Assembly: GCA_012031965.1 (NCBI GenBank)
Contig: JAAUSC010000024.1
Span: 1,532 to 25,531, forward strand
DNA from: Scytonema sp. RU_4_4
GTDB lineage: Bacteria > Cyanobacteriota > Cyanobacteriia > Cyanobacteriales > Nostocaceae
Direction of reading: 5' to 3'
Length of the DNA: 24,000 nt
The position numbers and the translations under genes are program-made. The notes beneath the pieces were generated by a model. The model was not told the origin of the DNA, did no database searches, and saw only the letters and a program-made list of their open reading frames with translations. Below are positions 1 to 8,960 of this stretch, in pieces; positions within the stretch are counted from its first letter, which is position 1; every line of letters starts with the position of its first letter.

Positions 1-102
1 ATGTGATACACCTTCTACCAAAAAATCACCAAATAAACATCAAAGTATATCTCTAAATGGTGTACTGACTAGTTATCGAAAGAAATACATATGAATCATC
101 AA

Positions 103-273
103 GTTTACATTTGCCGCACCAGGAATACTCAGCCCGTACAGGCGTTGTCGTTGACCTGCACATTAGCCCCCTAAATCACTGGCAGTGTCTGTACATATTC
201 TTGTCTCTTCAGCGGTAAATGCTAAGTGGGAGCTTTAAAGCGTTTGGTATGCTTGCTCCCACTCTTTTTTTTT
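103..273 (+). ncRNA. Candidate small RNA, copy A of a duplicated ~170-nt unit that ends in an intrinsic terminator
   Basis: No credible ORF. About 94% identical by eye to 1172-1340 (about 9 substitutions plus 1 indel). The 3' end is a stem AGTGGGAGC (225-233) / GCTCCCACT (255-263) followed by a T9 run (265-273). A shared TGACTAGTT box lies upstream at 66-74. Confidence 0.35.
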
Positions 274-444
274 CTTGAACTTAAGTTTTTTAATAGAACA
301 AAAATAATTTTTAGAGGGGGTCTCACCCCACATTACAGCAGTTCTCAACTAAGTAGAAAACGAGTTTGCAGTAGGGACACACTGACATCTTGAACCAGGG
401 TCAAAACCGGATTTCTTGAGAATGACACCACTTAAAAAGTATCT

Positions 445-736
445 GTAGGGTGGGCAATGCTCACCAAAACCCAGATATAACCTAAATTATAGTAGGCATT
501 GCCCAACGCCCTATGGCTGACGCCACGCCTTACGGCTATCGGGGAAGACCTCCGGTCTCGCTGCGAAGGGAGCCAGTCGCCTACGGAGGGAGACCCTCCT
601 GCAGCGCTGGTCTCACCAGATGCTGCCCTTACGGGAAGCCGCTACGCGTCTACAAGCCGGGAAACCCGGACGCCAGATACCTACGGAGGGATACCCTCCT
701 GCAGTACTGGCTCTCCAACGCACTGGCTCCCTTACG
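445..736. repeat. Cluster of Nostoc-type short dispersed GC-rich hairpin repeats (MITE-like)
   Basis: Contains GTAGGGTGGGCAATGCTCACC, GGAGGGAGACCCTCC, GGAGGGATACCCTCC, CAAGCCGGGAAACCCGG and CAACGCACTGGCTCCCTTACG. The last two motifs recur almost verbatim at 18089-18126. Track ORFs 499-777 and 513-854 are low-complexity read-through of these repeats. Confidence 0.7.
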
Positions 737-903
737 TGTATTTCAAAAATCAAATAGGAATCCTATATCTAGATTGACTACTAATTTGTGTTGTGTTACG
801 TCGTTTTTCAAAAAAATAAAAAACTTGCCACTTTGGCAACCAAGCTATGAGTAAATCGATTAAATTAAAGAAGGTAAACGACTTCAAGGGTGTTGTTATC
901 AGG

Positions 904-931
904 GTGTATCACATATCATAAAATGTGATAC
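904..931. promoter_or_regulatory. Inverted repeat GTGTATCACAT-N8-ATGTGATACGC at the head of repeat unit B; possible operator or recombination site
   Basis: 10 of 11 positions are complementary. The right half-site plus CCTTCTACCAAAAAAT is repeated at window positions 1-26. Confidence 0.3.
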
Positions 932-1171
932 GCCTTCTACCAAAAAATAATCAGAAAAACAGAAGGTATATATCCAAGTAGTGTCATGATTAATATCACT
1001 TTGCATAATGGAAAATATGCCCTACGAACGCACTACGCGCTAGTACAACTCCTCAATAGTCACAAAAATCAAAAAATTCAAAAACCTTCTATCTTGGGCT
1101 TTTGAACTTTTTTGAAGAGTGAGTTGATGTACACCCATAATGACTAGTTTTTGGAGATAAATAATAATCAG

Positions 1172-1340
1172 GTTTACATTTGTCGCACCAGGAATATTCA
1201 GCCCGTACAGGCGTTGTCGTTGATCTGTACATTAGCCCCCTAAATAACTGGCAGTGTCTGTACATATTCCTGTCTCTTCAGCGGCAAATGGTGAGTGGGA
1301 GCTTTAAAGCGTTTGGTATGCTTGCTCCCACTTTTTTTTT
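1172..1340 (+). ncRNA. Candidate small RNA, copy B of the duplicated terminator-ended unit
   Basis: Near-identical to 103-273. Terminator stem 1294-1302 / 1324-1332 followed by a T9 run (1332-1340). TGACTAGTT box at 1141-1149. Track ORF 1180-1380 starts at TTG, and its stop is not conserved in copy A. Confidence 0.35.
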
Positions 1341-1437
1341 CTTTGTAGCTTTAAAGAAGTTCTCACAAATGCCATCATAGTTATGGTGAGAACACATTGG
1401 AGATAAAACAACGGTTTACGCACGCCCTTTAGCACGT

Positions 1438-2007
1438 TTGATTGAACAACTCCAACGCTTGCCAGGAGTCGGTCCTAAAACTGCCCAACGATTGGCATTG
1501 CATATTTTAAAGCGACCAGAAGCAGAAGTTGAGGCTCTGGCGCAAGCTCTTATTGAGGCAAAAAAACAGGTGGGTTTGTGTTCTGTTTGTTTTCACCTAT
1601 CTGCTGAACCAGTTTGTGAAATTTGCCGCAATTCAAATCGTGACAACACGACTATCTGTGTAGTCGCAGACTCGCGTGATGTGATTGCCTTAGAAAAAAC
1701 CCGTGAGTTCAGAGGCAAGTATCATGTTTTAGGTGGCGTCATTTCTCCAATTGAGGGTATTGGACCAGAACAGTTGACTGTCCAAGCTTTGGTCCGAAGG
1801 GTGAGTCAGCACAAGCCTGAAGAAGTTATCTTGGCAATTAGTCCAAGTGTGGAAGGTGAGACAACGACACTGTATGTCGGTCAACTACTGAAGCCATTTA
1901 CCAAAGTGACGCGGATTGCTTTTGGTTTGCCTGTGGGTGGTGATTTAGAGTACGCCGATGAAGTCACCTTGGCAAGAGCTTTGGAAGGTCGGCGAGAGTT
2001 AGATTAA
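1438..2007 (+). CDS. recR: Recombination protein RecR
   Basis: [17 protein letters not shown] helix-hairpin-helix motif, a C4 zinc finger (CSVC...CEIC), and a Toprim-like C-terminal region. The conserved N-terminal VYARPLARL is encoded in frame upstream of the first canonical start, so the true start is uncertain. Confidence 0.95.
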   Translation: MIEQLQRLPGVGPKTAQRLALHILKRPEAEVEALAQALIEAKKQVGLCSVCFHLSAEPVCEICRNSNRDNTTICVVADSRDVIALEKTREFRGKYHVLGGVISPIEGIGPEQLTVQALVRRVSQHKPEEVILAISPSVEGETTTLYVGQLLKPFTKVTRIAFGLPVGGDLEYADEVTLARALEGRRELD

Positions 2008-2014
2008 TCATAAA

Positions 2015-2677
2015 GTGACACTTGAATTCTGCTGTATAACTATGACACTTCTCCAAGCCAAAAACTTATCACTAGCAGACATTCACCGTCTTTTCGACTT
2101 CCAAAGACAGTACAACAGTTCATTCACTCCTATCTTATCTCTCGAACCTTTAACTGAGTCTGAACAACAAGAGCTCATTCAAATTCGCAATGACTTTGAT
2201 AATTATTTAATAGAAGGGAGAGTTTCGGAAGGACTCGTTAAAGCTTTAACTATCTTTCCATTATTGCGACTCGCCGGATTTTATCGCTATCCTATCAAAA
2301 TAAATTTGGAAGAAAACATTGCAGATGTTGATATTGCAGATGAAGATACTAAAATTACAGGGCGAATCGATATATTAGCTGTCAATAAAGCTCAAAAGAC
2401 AACAGCTAAAACATATTTCTGGATCTTGGTAATTGAATCTAAAAACAGTAGCGTTGATCCATCAGAGGGTTTACCGCAATTGCTTACTTATGCCCATGAC
2501 AGTCTTAAGCATCAAAAATCAGTTTGGGGTTTGACGACCAATGGACAGCGTTATCAATTTGTCTATATCTTACAAGAAAATCACCCAACTTATCATTTAA
2601 TGCCATTTCTCAACCTAATGGAACCAGAAAGTGCAATTCAATTACTACAAGTTCTCAAAGCCATTTGTCAACTGTAA
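2015..2677 (+). CDS. PD-(D/E)XK restriction-endonuclease-like protein (type I restriction enzyme R N-terminal-domain-like); likely start at ATG 2042
   Basis: GRIDILAV ... WILVIESK gives a D119 / E141-x-K143 nuclease-fold signature. The gene starts 8-35 nt after the recR stop on the same strand. Confidence 0.6.
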   Translation: MTLEFCCITMTLLQAKNLSLADIHRLFDFQRQYNSSFTPILSLEPLTESEQQELIQIRNDFDNYLIEGRVSEGLVKALTIFPLLRLAGFYRYPIKINLEENIADVDIADEDTKITGRIDILAVNKAQKTTAKTYFWILVIESKNSSVDPSEGLPQLLTYAHDSLKHQKSVWGLTTNGQRYQFVYILQENHPTYHLMPFLNLMEPESAIQLLQVLKAICQL

Positions 2678-2825
2678 AATCCTTCATCATACCTGACAAA
2701 AAACTCTCCTCTTCCTCTCTCTGCGTCCTCTGCGTCTCTGCGGTTCAATAAAAATATATTTCAAAAAAAAGTTTCCGGAATCAATCCGAAAACCTCTTTA
2801 TTAAACAGCTATTACAAGCTAAACC

Positions 2826-3872
2826 CTAATACTTAATTCTTGGATCTACATAAGCATTGATAATATCAATCACAATACTAGCAACGACCACAATAGCCGC
2901 AAAAAATACCAACACTCCCTGTATTAAAGGATAATCCCGCGCATTAATGGCATCATATAATTTATTCGCCAATCCAGGCCAAGAAAAGGTAACTTCAGTC
3001 AAAATCGCCCCACCTAATAAAGACGCAAAGGTCAATCCCATAACTGTAATAACTGGAATCAGCGCATTTTTTAAAGCATGAGAAAACAGAATCTTTCTTT
3101 CTGAAATACCTCTTGCTCTTGCTGCTTCCACATAATCTGCTTTCAGAGTTTGCTTTAAATTCACTCGCACAATTCGCTCAAAAATACCACTGAGCAAAAC
3201 TCCCAAGGTAATACTAGGAAGCGCAAGATAATGTAAAGCAGTGAAAAACTGATTCAAGTTTCCACTCAATAAACTATCAACTGTATATAAACCAGTCATA
3301 CCATGTGGAGCTGGCATTGTTGTCGGGAAGCGCGTTCCTAAAGGAAACCAACCCAACTGCACTGCAAAAATCAATTGCAGAACCATCCCTGCCCAAAACA
3401 TAGGTAGCGAATATGTGATAATTCCAAATAATCGCCCTCCAACATCTAGAGCACTTCCAGGACGAGAAGCAGAAAGAATACCAATTCCAATTCCAACGAT
3501 AAGTGCGATCGCCATACTGCAAAACGCTAATTCCACAGTTGCAGGAAAATATTGCCCAATCACCTCCCAAACCGACTGTCCACGACTCGCTATAGAAGTT
3601 CCTAAATCCAGACGCAGCAATTTTCCGATGTAATTCAAGTACTGTAACCATATAGGAAGATTTAAACCCAGTTTGGCTCGCAATTCTTCCTTCGCACTTT
3701 CTGGCGCACGTCCACCAAGAATTGCATCTACTGGATCTCCTGGTGTTGCACGTAGTAGGAGAAACACGACTGTAGTAACAGTCAAGAGCATCAACGGAGC
3801 TAAAAGTAAACGGGCAAAAATGTAATATTGTAAGGCTTTGGATCTAGACATAATAAGCAATTCAAAGTTCAA
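2826..3872 (-). CDS. ABC transporter permease, peptide/nickel (DppB/OppB-like) family; likely start at ATG 3851
   Basis: About six predicted TM segments. N-terminal LLRATPGDPVD motif and the EAA-type loop YVEAARARGISERKILFSHALKNALIP are typical of the OppB/DppB family. Confidence 0.9.
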   Translation of the reverse strand: MNFELLIMSRSKALQYYIFARLLLAPLMLLTVTTVVFLLLRATPGDPVDAILGGRAPESAKEELRAKLGLNLPIWLQYLNYIGKLLRLDLGTSIASRGQSVWEVIGQYFPATVELAFCSMAIALIVGIGIGILSASRPGSALDVGGRLFGIITYSLPMFWAGMVLQLIFAVQLGWFPLGTRFPTTMPAPHGMTGLYTVDSLLSGNLNQFFTALHYLALPSITLGVLLSGIFERIVRVNLKQTLKADYVEAARARGISERKILFSHALKNALIPVITVMGLTFASLLGGAILTEVTFSWPGLANKLYDAINARDYPLIQGVLVFFAAIVVVASIVIDIINAYVDPRIKY

Positions 3873-4013
3873 AATTCAATTCGGAAGAAAAGCAGTACTA
3901 GTCAGTCGTCTAGTTACCTAGCGGAATGCAAATTAAATACGTAACAGCTTATTTTGTGAGTTGTTAATTTTAGTAGTTAAATGTTAAATAACAACTAACT
4001 ACTCACCTCATAA

Positions 4014-5663
4014 CTATTTTTTTATTGCTTGATAAATTAAAATTTGAGTCGGATTAAGTTGCACGCCACTGACTCCCTTGCGAGCAAATGCATAGTCTTT
4101 GTTTTGCCATAAGGGAACATAAGGGACATCAGTTGCTATTTGTGCTTGAATGTTTGCAAAAATTTTCTTACGTACTTGGGGATTTTGCTCTTGGCGTTGG
4201 TTTCCAATCAGCTTGTTCATAATTTCGTTGTAATAAAACGAACCCTGAGTTTGACTTCCCCCTTGTTCGCATCCCTTCGCATCTGACCCTTTATCACAAC
4301 CCAAAAACGGTTGAATATAATTATCTGCGTCCAAAAAATCTGGATACCAATCTAGCAAAGCAGTTGGGTAAAAACTCTTAGCTATCGCTCTAAAAAAGGT
4401 AGCACTGTCTACAACATTGACTTCAAATTGCAACATTCCATCCATATATTTATCGGCATAAGCTTTTAGTAGCTGTGCTGCCAAACTGCGAGTTGGAGAA
4501 CTGGAAGGATACCAAACTTGTAGCTTGACTGGATTTTCTTGAGAAAAACCAGCAGAAGTTAACAATTGTTTAGCGGTGTCTACATTACCATCACCGTATT
4601 TCTCTTTAAACAATGGCTGGGAAACCTCAAGTGTTTTCGGTACCATGCTATACAAGGGACTAGCTTGACCCAATAAAACACGCTCATTCATCAGTGGACG
4701 GTCAATCATCGCCGCTACTGCTTGTCTAACCTCTGGCTTATCCAACGGTTTTTGATTCCGGTTTAGTACCAGATAAGAGACTACACTACCTTGAGCTGAT
4801 ATCGCTTGCCAATCTCCTTTTTTGGCACTTTTTTCTAAGCTGCGAATTTGGTCTGGTTCTAAAGATAGGTAAGCGACATCAACTGCACCTGTGCGAAAGG
4901 AGTTATACAAATTAGCCGGACTGCTGAGAATTTGCAAATTAATACCTTTATTCGCTGGTTTTTCTCCCCAATATTTATCAAATACATCAAATTGTAAGGA
5001 ATCTGTCCCATAACGCGCTAGTTTATATGGACCAGTACCAATAAAGATATTTGGCTGAAATTTCTCTGCACCAATTTCATAAGCTTTGGGAGAAACTGGA
5101 CAAACGCCTGCGAACGCCAGCAACGATGGAAACGCCGCAAACGGTTTTTTCAGTTGTACCGTTAACTCGTACTCACTAGTCGCTTTTACTGAAGCCACCA
5201 CATCTGCTAATAAAAAAGAAGGTTTCCCGCCGTTTTTGATAAAGCGTTCCAGACTAAACGCCATTGCTTTGGCGTCAAACGGAGTTCCATCGTGAAATAC
5301 CACTCCTTGACGTAGAGGAATTGTGTATGTTAAACCATCTTGACTCACTTTGGGTAAAGCGGTGGCTAATTGAGGTTTAACTTCAGTGCTTCCTGGTTCA
5401 TATGTGTAAAGGCGATCGCTCATATTGTAAACCAACCCAAGCGATGCGAGTTCATAAGCATCAGCTGGATCAAGGGTACGAGGATAAAGCGTTGTACCTA
5501 CAGAAATGCGACCATCTCCTGTTGAGGTCTTGACTGCACCAGATATTGTCGTAACCTGCTGGCTTCTTGAGCAACTAGCGACTAGAAGTAGACACAAACC
5601 CAGTAAAGAAAGCAATTTAGTCATTTGACTCCACTGTCTTGCGGACAAGGAAAACCTGGTCAT
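4014..5663 (-). CDS. ABC transporter substrate-binding protein, family 5 (peptide/oligopeptide type), probable lipoprotein
   Basis: 549 aa with family-5 SBP-like sequence throughout. Signal sequence ends in a lipobox-like LLVASC. The alternative start ATG 5624 has a GGAG Shine-Dalgarno sequence. Confidence 0.9.
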   Translation of the reverse strand: MTRFSLSARQWSQMTKLLSLLGLCLLLVASCSRSQQVTTISGAVKTSTGDGRISVGTTLYPRTLDPADAYELASLGLVYNMSDRLYTYEPGSTEVKPQLATALPKVSQDGLTYTIPLRQGVVFHDGTPFDAKAMAFSLERFIKNGGKPSFLLADVVASVKATSEYELTVQLKKPFAAFPSLLAFAGVCPVSPKAYEIGAEKFQPNIFIGTGPYKLARYGTDSLQFDVFDKYWGEKPANKGINLQILSSPANLYNSFRTGAVDVAYLSLEPDQIRSLEKSAKKGDWQAISAQGSVVSYLVLNRNQKPLDKPEVRQAVAAMIDRPLMNERVLLGQASPLYSMVPKTLEVSQPLFKEKYGDGNVDTAKQLLTSAGFSQENPVKLQVWYPSSSPTRSLAAQLLKAYADKYMDGMLQFEVNVVDSATFFRAIAKSFYPTALLDWYPDFLDADNYIQPFLGCDKGSDAKGCEQGGSQTQGSFYYNEIMNKLIGNQRQEQNPQVRKKIFANIQAQIATDVPYVPLWQNKDYAFARKGVSGVQLNPTQILIYQAIKK

Positions 5664-6094
5664 AATTTTGAATATTTTTTAATTTTGTGGTAAAATATTA
5701 TACTATGTGTTGGACAAGATGCTCGAAAAATAATTCAGAATTCAGCATAACCGACTCTGGTCTTATGAACTCTGAGTTATTGCGAGTCAGGTTGAATGGC
5801 GTCTGTAAAAAGAAAAAAATATTAGACCAACATATTTCGTTTGATGTTCCTGAATAACGGAAAACTTTTTCTTTAATGAAACATATAAACAGTGCATAAA
5901 ATTGTTTGAGATTTACACTATACCAGGGCAAACATTTGTTAAGCTTTTCCCGTAGCCCAAAATGTTTACATTAGGGATTTATCTACGTGCATCCCAATTG
6001 CTGCAAAAAATACTTCGCTCAACACAGAACCGACTGGCACTATTATGCCAATCGAAAATAGTAGATTGAGAGTCTAATAGCGAGACTAAAAAGT

Positions 6095-6427
6095 GTGAAA
6101 TACTTCTTTCTATCTGAGGGTTGGACAGTTGGTAGAGTGTGGGCATCTGATGGACTTTGGCAGATGACTGCATGGCGACGTCAACCAGACATTCAGCGAA
6201 TTAATATCTGTCTAGTAGAACAAAACGAAGTGTTATGGCTTTATCGGGTTGAAGATGCCATTTTAACTGTAGAAGTGAAGCCTACAATACAACTGCAAGT
6301 CAATAAATCCGGTCAAGCCATCGGTCAAGTTGTCCTCAAGCGATTGATGAGTGCCGAACAAGTCATTGAACGCTTGGGAACAGCCTCGGCTAGATGTCAA
6401 CTACAAGATATTCAATCTGTGGTTTAG
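6095..6427 (+). CDS. Hypothetical protein (110 aa)
   Basis: Non-repetitive ORF with a GTG start. No family recognised. Confidence 0.4.
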   Translation: MKYFFLSEGWTVGRVWASDGLWQMTAWRRQPDIQRINICLVEQNEVLWLYRVEDAILTVEVKPTIQLQVNKSGQAIGQVVLKRLMSAEQVIERLGTASARCQLQDIQSVV

Positions 6428-6571
6428 GTGTAAGGGTCTAAGGCGTAGGTTACAACAAATGAGGAGACAGGGTATAAGGAATAAAATTTATGTCCCCTTG
6501 TCCCCCTCGCTCCTAATCCCCAACGCATGAGCCCCTTGTCCCCTGATCTCCCCTGCTCTTTCTCCTCCAAG

Positions 6572-6604
6572 TTACGTAGCTTGAGACACCTTCAAGCTAC
6601 GTAA
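6572..6604. other. Perfect 13-bp hairpin TTACGTAGCTTGA / TCAAGCTACGTAA in the psbB upstream region
   Basis: Seen directly in the sequence. No T-run follows. It could be a terminator of the 6095-6427 ORF or a regulatory structure. Confidence 0.3.
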
Positions 6605-6847
6605 ATGCTTATGTTTACACGCTTGCAAACAATTCCATCAAAAGTTACACTTTTTTAAACATTCTCATTTTTTGCTTGGCAATTGCTACTCTACGGGATT
6701 AAGACTCCCGAAGTGTGTTAAGCCTTGCCAAACTAACCACACTGTCTGATCTCTTAAGGCAAAGCTGTGGAAACATTTAGGCTCTGGCAATAACAAAAAC
6801 TGAAAAATTGCTTTGTAAACATAAATCATCGAGGAGGAGCGTAGTCG

Positions 6848-8374
6848 ATGGGACTACCGTGGTACCGAGTACATACAGTTGTGCTGAATGACCCAGGACG
6901 GCTGATTTCTGTACATTTGATGCATACAGCCTTGGTGGCGGGCTGGGCTGGTTCGATGGCTTTATACGAACTAGCTATTTATGACCCCAGCGACCCAGTA
7001 CTCAACCCGATGTGGCGTCAAGGTATGTTCGTGCTGCCCTTTATGGCACGCTTGGGCGTCACCCAATCTTGGGGCGGTTGGAACGTCACTGGCGGTCCAT
7101 CAACCGATCCTGGTTTTTGGTCATTTGAAGGCGTCGCTGCTGCTCACATTATTCTTTCCGGTTTGCTGTTCTTAGCTGCTGTTTGGCACTGGGTTTTTTG
7201 GGATCTGGAGTTGTTCCAAGACCCTCGCACAGGTGAAGCCGCCCTCGACCTGCCAAAGATGTTTGGCATTCACCTGTTCTTGTCTGGTCTACTCTGCTTT
7301 GGTTTTGGAGCTTTCCATATCACCGGATTATTTGGACCTGGGATATGGGTCTCTGATGCCTACGGCTTAACGGGTCATGTCCAACCAGTAGCACCGGAGT
7401 GGGGACCAGATGGCTTTAACCCGTTTAACCCGGGTGGTATCGCGGCTCACCACATCGCGGCTGGTATCGTAGGTATTATCGCTGGTTTATTTCACCTAGT
7501 CGTCAGACCCCCCCAAAGGCTCTATAAGGCTCTGCGGATGGGTAATATCGAAACTGTGCTATCTAGCAGTATCGCTGCTGTCTTCTTTGCAGCGTTTGTT
7601 GTTGCTGGCACCATGTGGTATGGTAACGCGGCCACACCAATTGAACTGTTTGGTCCTACCCGCTATCAGTGGGATCAGAGTTACTTCAAGCAAGAAATTG
7701 ATCGCCGTGTGCAAGATAACCTTGCTCAAGGTGCATCACTTTCTGAAGCTTGGTTACAAATTCCTGAAAAACTCGCCTTCTACGATTACGTCGGCAATAG
7801 CCCTGCTAAAGGCGGTCTATTCCGTACAGGTCCGATGGACAAGGGTGATGGCATTGCCCAATCTTGGCAAGGTCACGCAGTCTTCAAAGATGCTGAAGGT
7901 CGCGAGTTAACCGTGCGTCGTCTCCCCAACTTCTTTGAAACCTTCCCAGTGATTTTGACCGACAGTGATGGTATTGTTCGTGCTGACATTCCTTTCCGTC
8001 GAGCAGAATCCAAGTATAGCTTTGAACAAACAGGTGTGACCGCTAGCTTCTACGGTGGTGATTTAAACGGTCAAACCTTCACAGAACCAGCTGATGTGAA
8101 GAAATATGCCCGTAAGGCTCAAGGCGGCGAAATCTTTGAATTTGACAGAGAAACCCTAAACTCTGATGGTGTATTCCGCACTAGTCCCAGAGGTTGGTTT
8201 ACATTTGGACACGCTGTCTTTGCGCTGTTGTTCTTCTTTGGTCACATTTGGCACGGCTCTCGGACAATCTACCGAGATGTCTTTGCTGGTATCGACCCAG
8301 ATATTGAGGAGCAGGTCGAATTCGGTGTATTCCAGAAAGTGGGTGACTTGAGCACTCGTAAGGAATCCGTGTAA
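6848..8374 (+). CDS. psbB: Photosystem II CP47 chlorophyll apoprotein
   Basis: [43 protein letters not shown] is the canonical CP47 N-terminus. 508 aa. GAGGAGGAG Shine-Dalgarno sequence upstream. Confidence 0.99.
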   Translation: MGLPWYRVHTVVLNDPGRLISVHLMHTALVAGWAGSMALYELAIYDPSDPVLNPMWRQGMFVLPFMARLGVTQSWGGWNVTGGPSTDPGFWSFEGVAAAHIILSGLLFLAAVWHWVFWDLELFQDPRTGEAALDLPKMFGIHLFLSGLLCFGFGAFHITGLFGPGIWVSDAYGLTGHVQPVAPEWGPDGFNPFNPGGIAAHHIAAGIVGIIAGLFHLVVRPPQRLYKALRMGNIETVLSSSIAAVFFAAFVVAGTMWYGNAATPIELFGPTRYQWDQSYFKQEIDRRVQDNLAQGASLSEAWLQIPEKLAFYDYVGNSPAKGGLFRTGPMDKGDGIAQSWQGHAVFKDAEGRELTVRRLPNFFETFPVILTDSDGIVRADIPFRRAESKYSFEQTGVTASFYGGDLNGQTFTEPADVKKYARKAQGGEIFEFDRETLNSDGVFRTSPRGWFTFGHAVFALLFFFGHIWHGSRTIYRDVFAGIDPDIEEQVEFGVFQKVGDLSTRKESV

Positions 8375-8546
8375 AGTTTTGTAGCGAAGAGTTAAGAATG
8401 GTCTTTTAATGAGAGGAATTGGTGAGGTGAGAACTGGGAAGAATTCTTCCTCATTCTCAATCCCTAACCTTCCATTCCCTAGACCATTCTTTGACCTGTA
8501 GCTTGATACACTATTGGTAGTGGGTAAATAGACAGGAACTAAAGCT

Positions 8547-8645
8547 ATGGAAAGCGTTGCGTACATCCTAATTTTGACTCTGGCACTCGGAACTCTCTTC
8601 TTTGCGATCGCCTTCCGCGAACCTCCTCGCATTGAGAAGAAATAG
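8547..8645 (+). CDS. psbT: Photosystem II reaction center protein T (32 aa); absent from the ORF track
   Basis: Hand translation gives [32 protein letters not shown] followed by a stop. It occupies the classic position downstream of psbB. Coordinates were cross-checked against the antisense track ORF frame. Confidence 0.92.
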   Translation: MESVAYILILTLALGTLFFAIAFREPPRIEKK

Positions 8646-8696
8646 AAGTCACTCACCAAGTCTCTGTAGGGATGAGGTGTAAAGTAAAAAAGATGC

Positions 8697-8718
8697 AGGG
8701 CGCAGTACATTGCGCCCT
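8697..8718 (+). terminator. Hairpin AGGGCGCA-N6-TGCGCCCT downstream of psbT
   Basis: GC-rich 8-bp stem about 50 nt after the psbT stop. No strong T-run follows. Confidence 0.35.
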
Positions 8719-8960
8719 TCCCATACATACAGAAAAGAGTGAATAAGCTATTCATTAATAATTAACTAATACAAAAGAGTAAATAATTTATGATATAATG
8801 TACGATCTGGAAGGTAATGTGTTCAGATCCTCTTTTCTGCGCTAGTATGAAAAAGCTAGTATGAAAAAGGATGTAGGTGTGGAATGCCTATTTGGCTCTT
8901 GCATATACATCGCTAGGAGGCAAAACCTTTACGGAGAATAATCACCAGGAAACAATCAGC

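Noticed and set aside
499-854. Track ORFs 499-777 and 513-854 (92 and 113 aa)
   Set aside because: They lie entirely within GC-rich dispersed hairpin repeats and overlap each other in different frames. Their translations are low-complexity (P/R/G/S-rich) with no start context. They are read-through artefacts.
1040-1120. ACTCCTCA motif followed by a weak A/T hairpin and T-run, reminiscent of the Yfr1 sRNA core (ACUCCUCACAC)
   Set aside because: Only 8 of 11 core positions match. There is no convincing 5' stem-loop, and the putative terminator stem is all A/T.
1180-1380. 66-aa ORF inside sRNA unit B; a possible 35-aa peptide in both copies
   Set aside because: It has a TTG start with no Shine-Dalgarno sequence. 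Copy A has a TAA where copy B reads CAA, so the stop position and length are not conserved. Substitutions are about half nonsynonymous in this frame. The ORF runs through the terminator hairpin and T-run.
3277-3651. Alternative-frame ORFs (3277-3651 minus, 3415-3633 plus) within the permease gene
   Set aside because: They overlap the clearly homologous DppB-like permease frame. Their compositions are atypical.
5698-6173. Minus-strand ORFs 5698-5931 and 5979-6173
   Set aside because: They sit in an AT-rich intergenic or promoter region, have odd composition and no Shine-Dalgarno sequence. The second overlaps the more plausible plus-strand ORF 6095-6427.
8156-8755. 199-aa minus-strand ORF
   Set aside because: It is antisense to the psbB 3' end and to psbT. 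The sequence is not protein-like, and the region is explained by the psbB-psbT operon.
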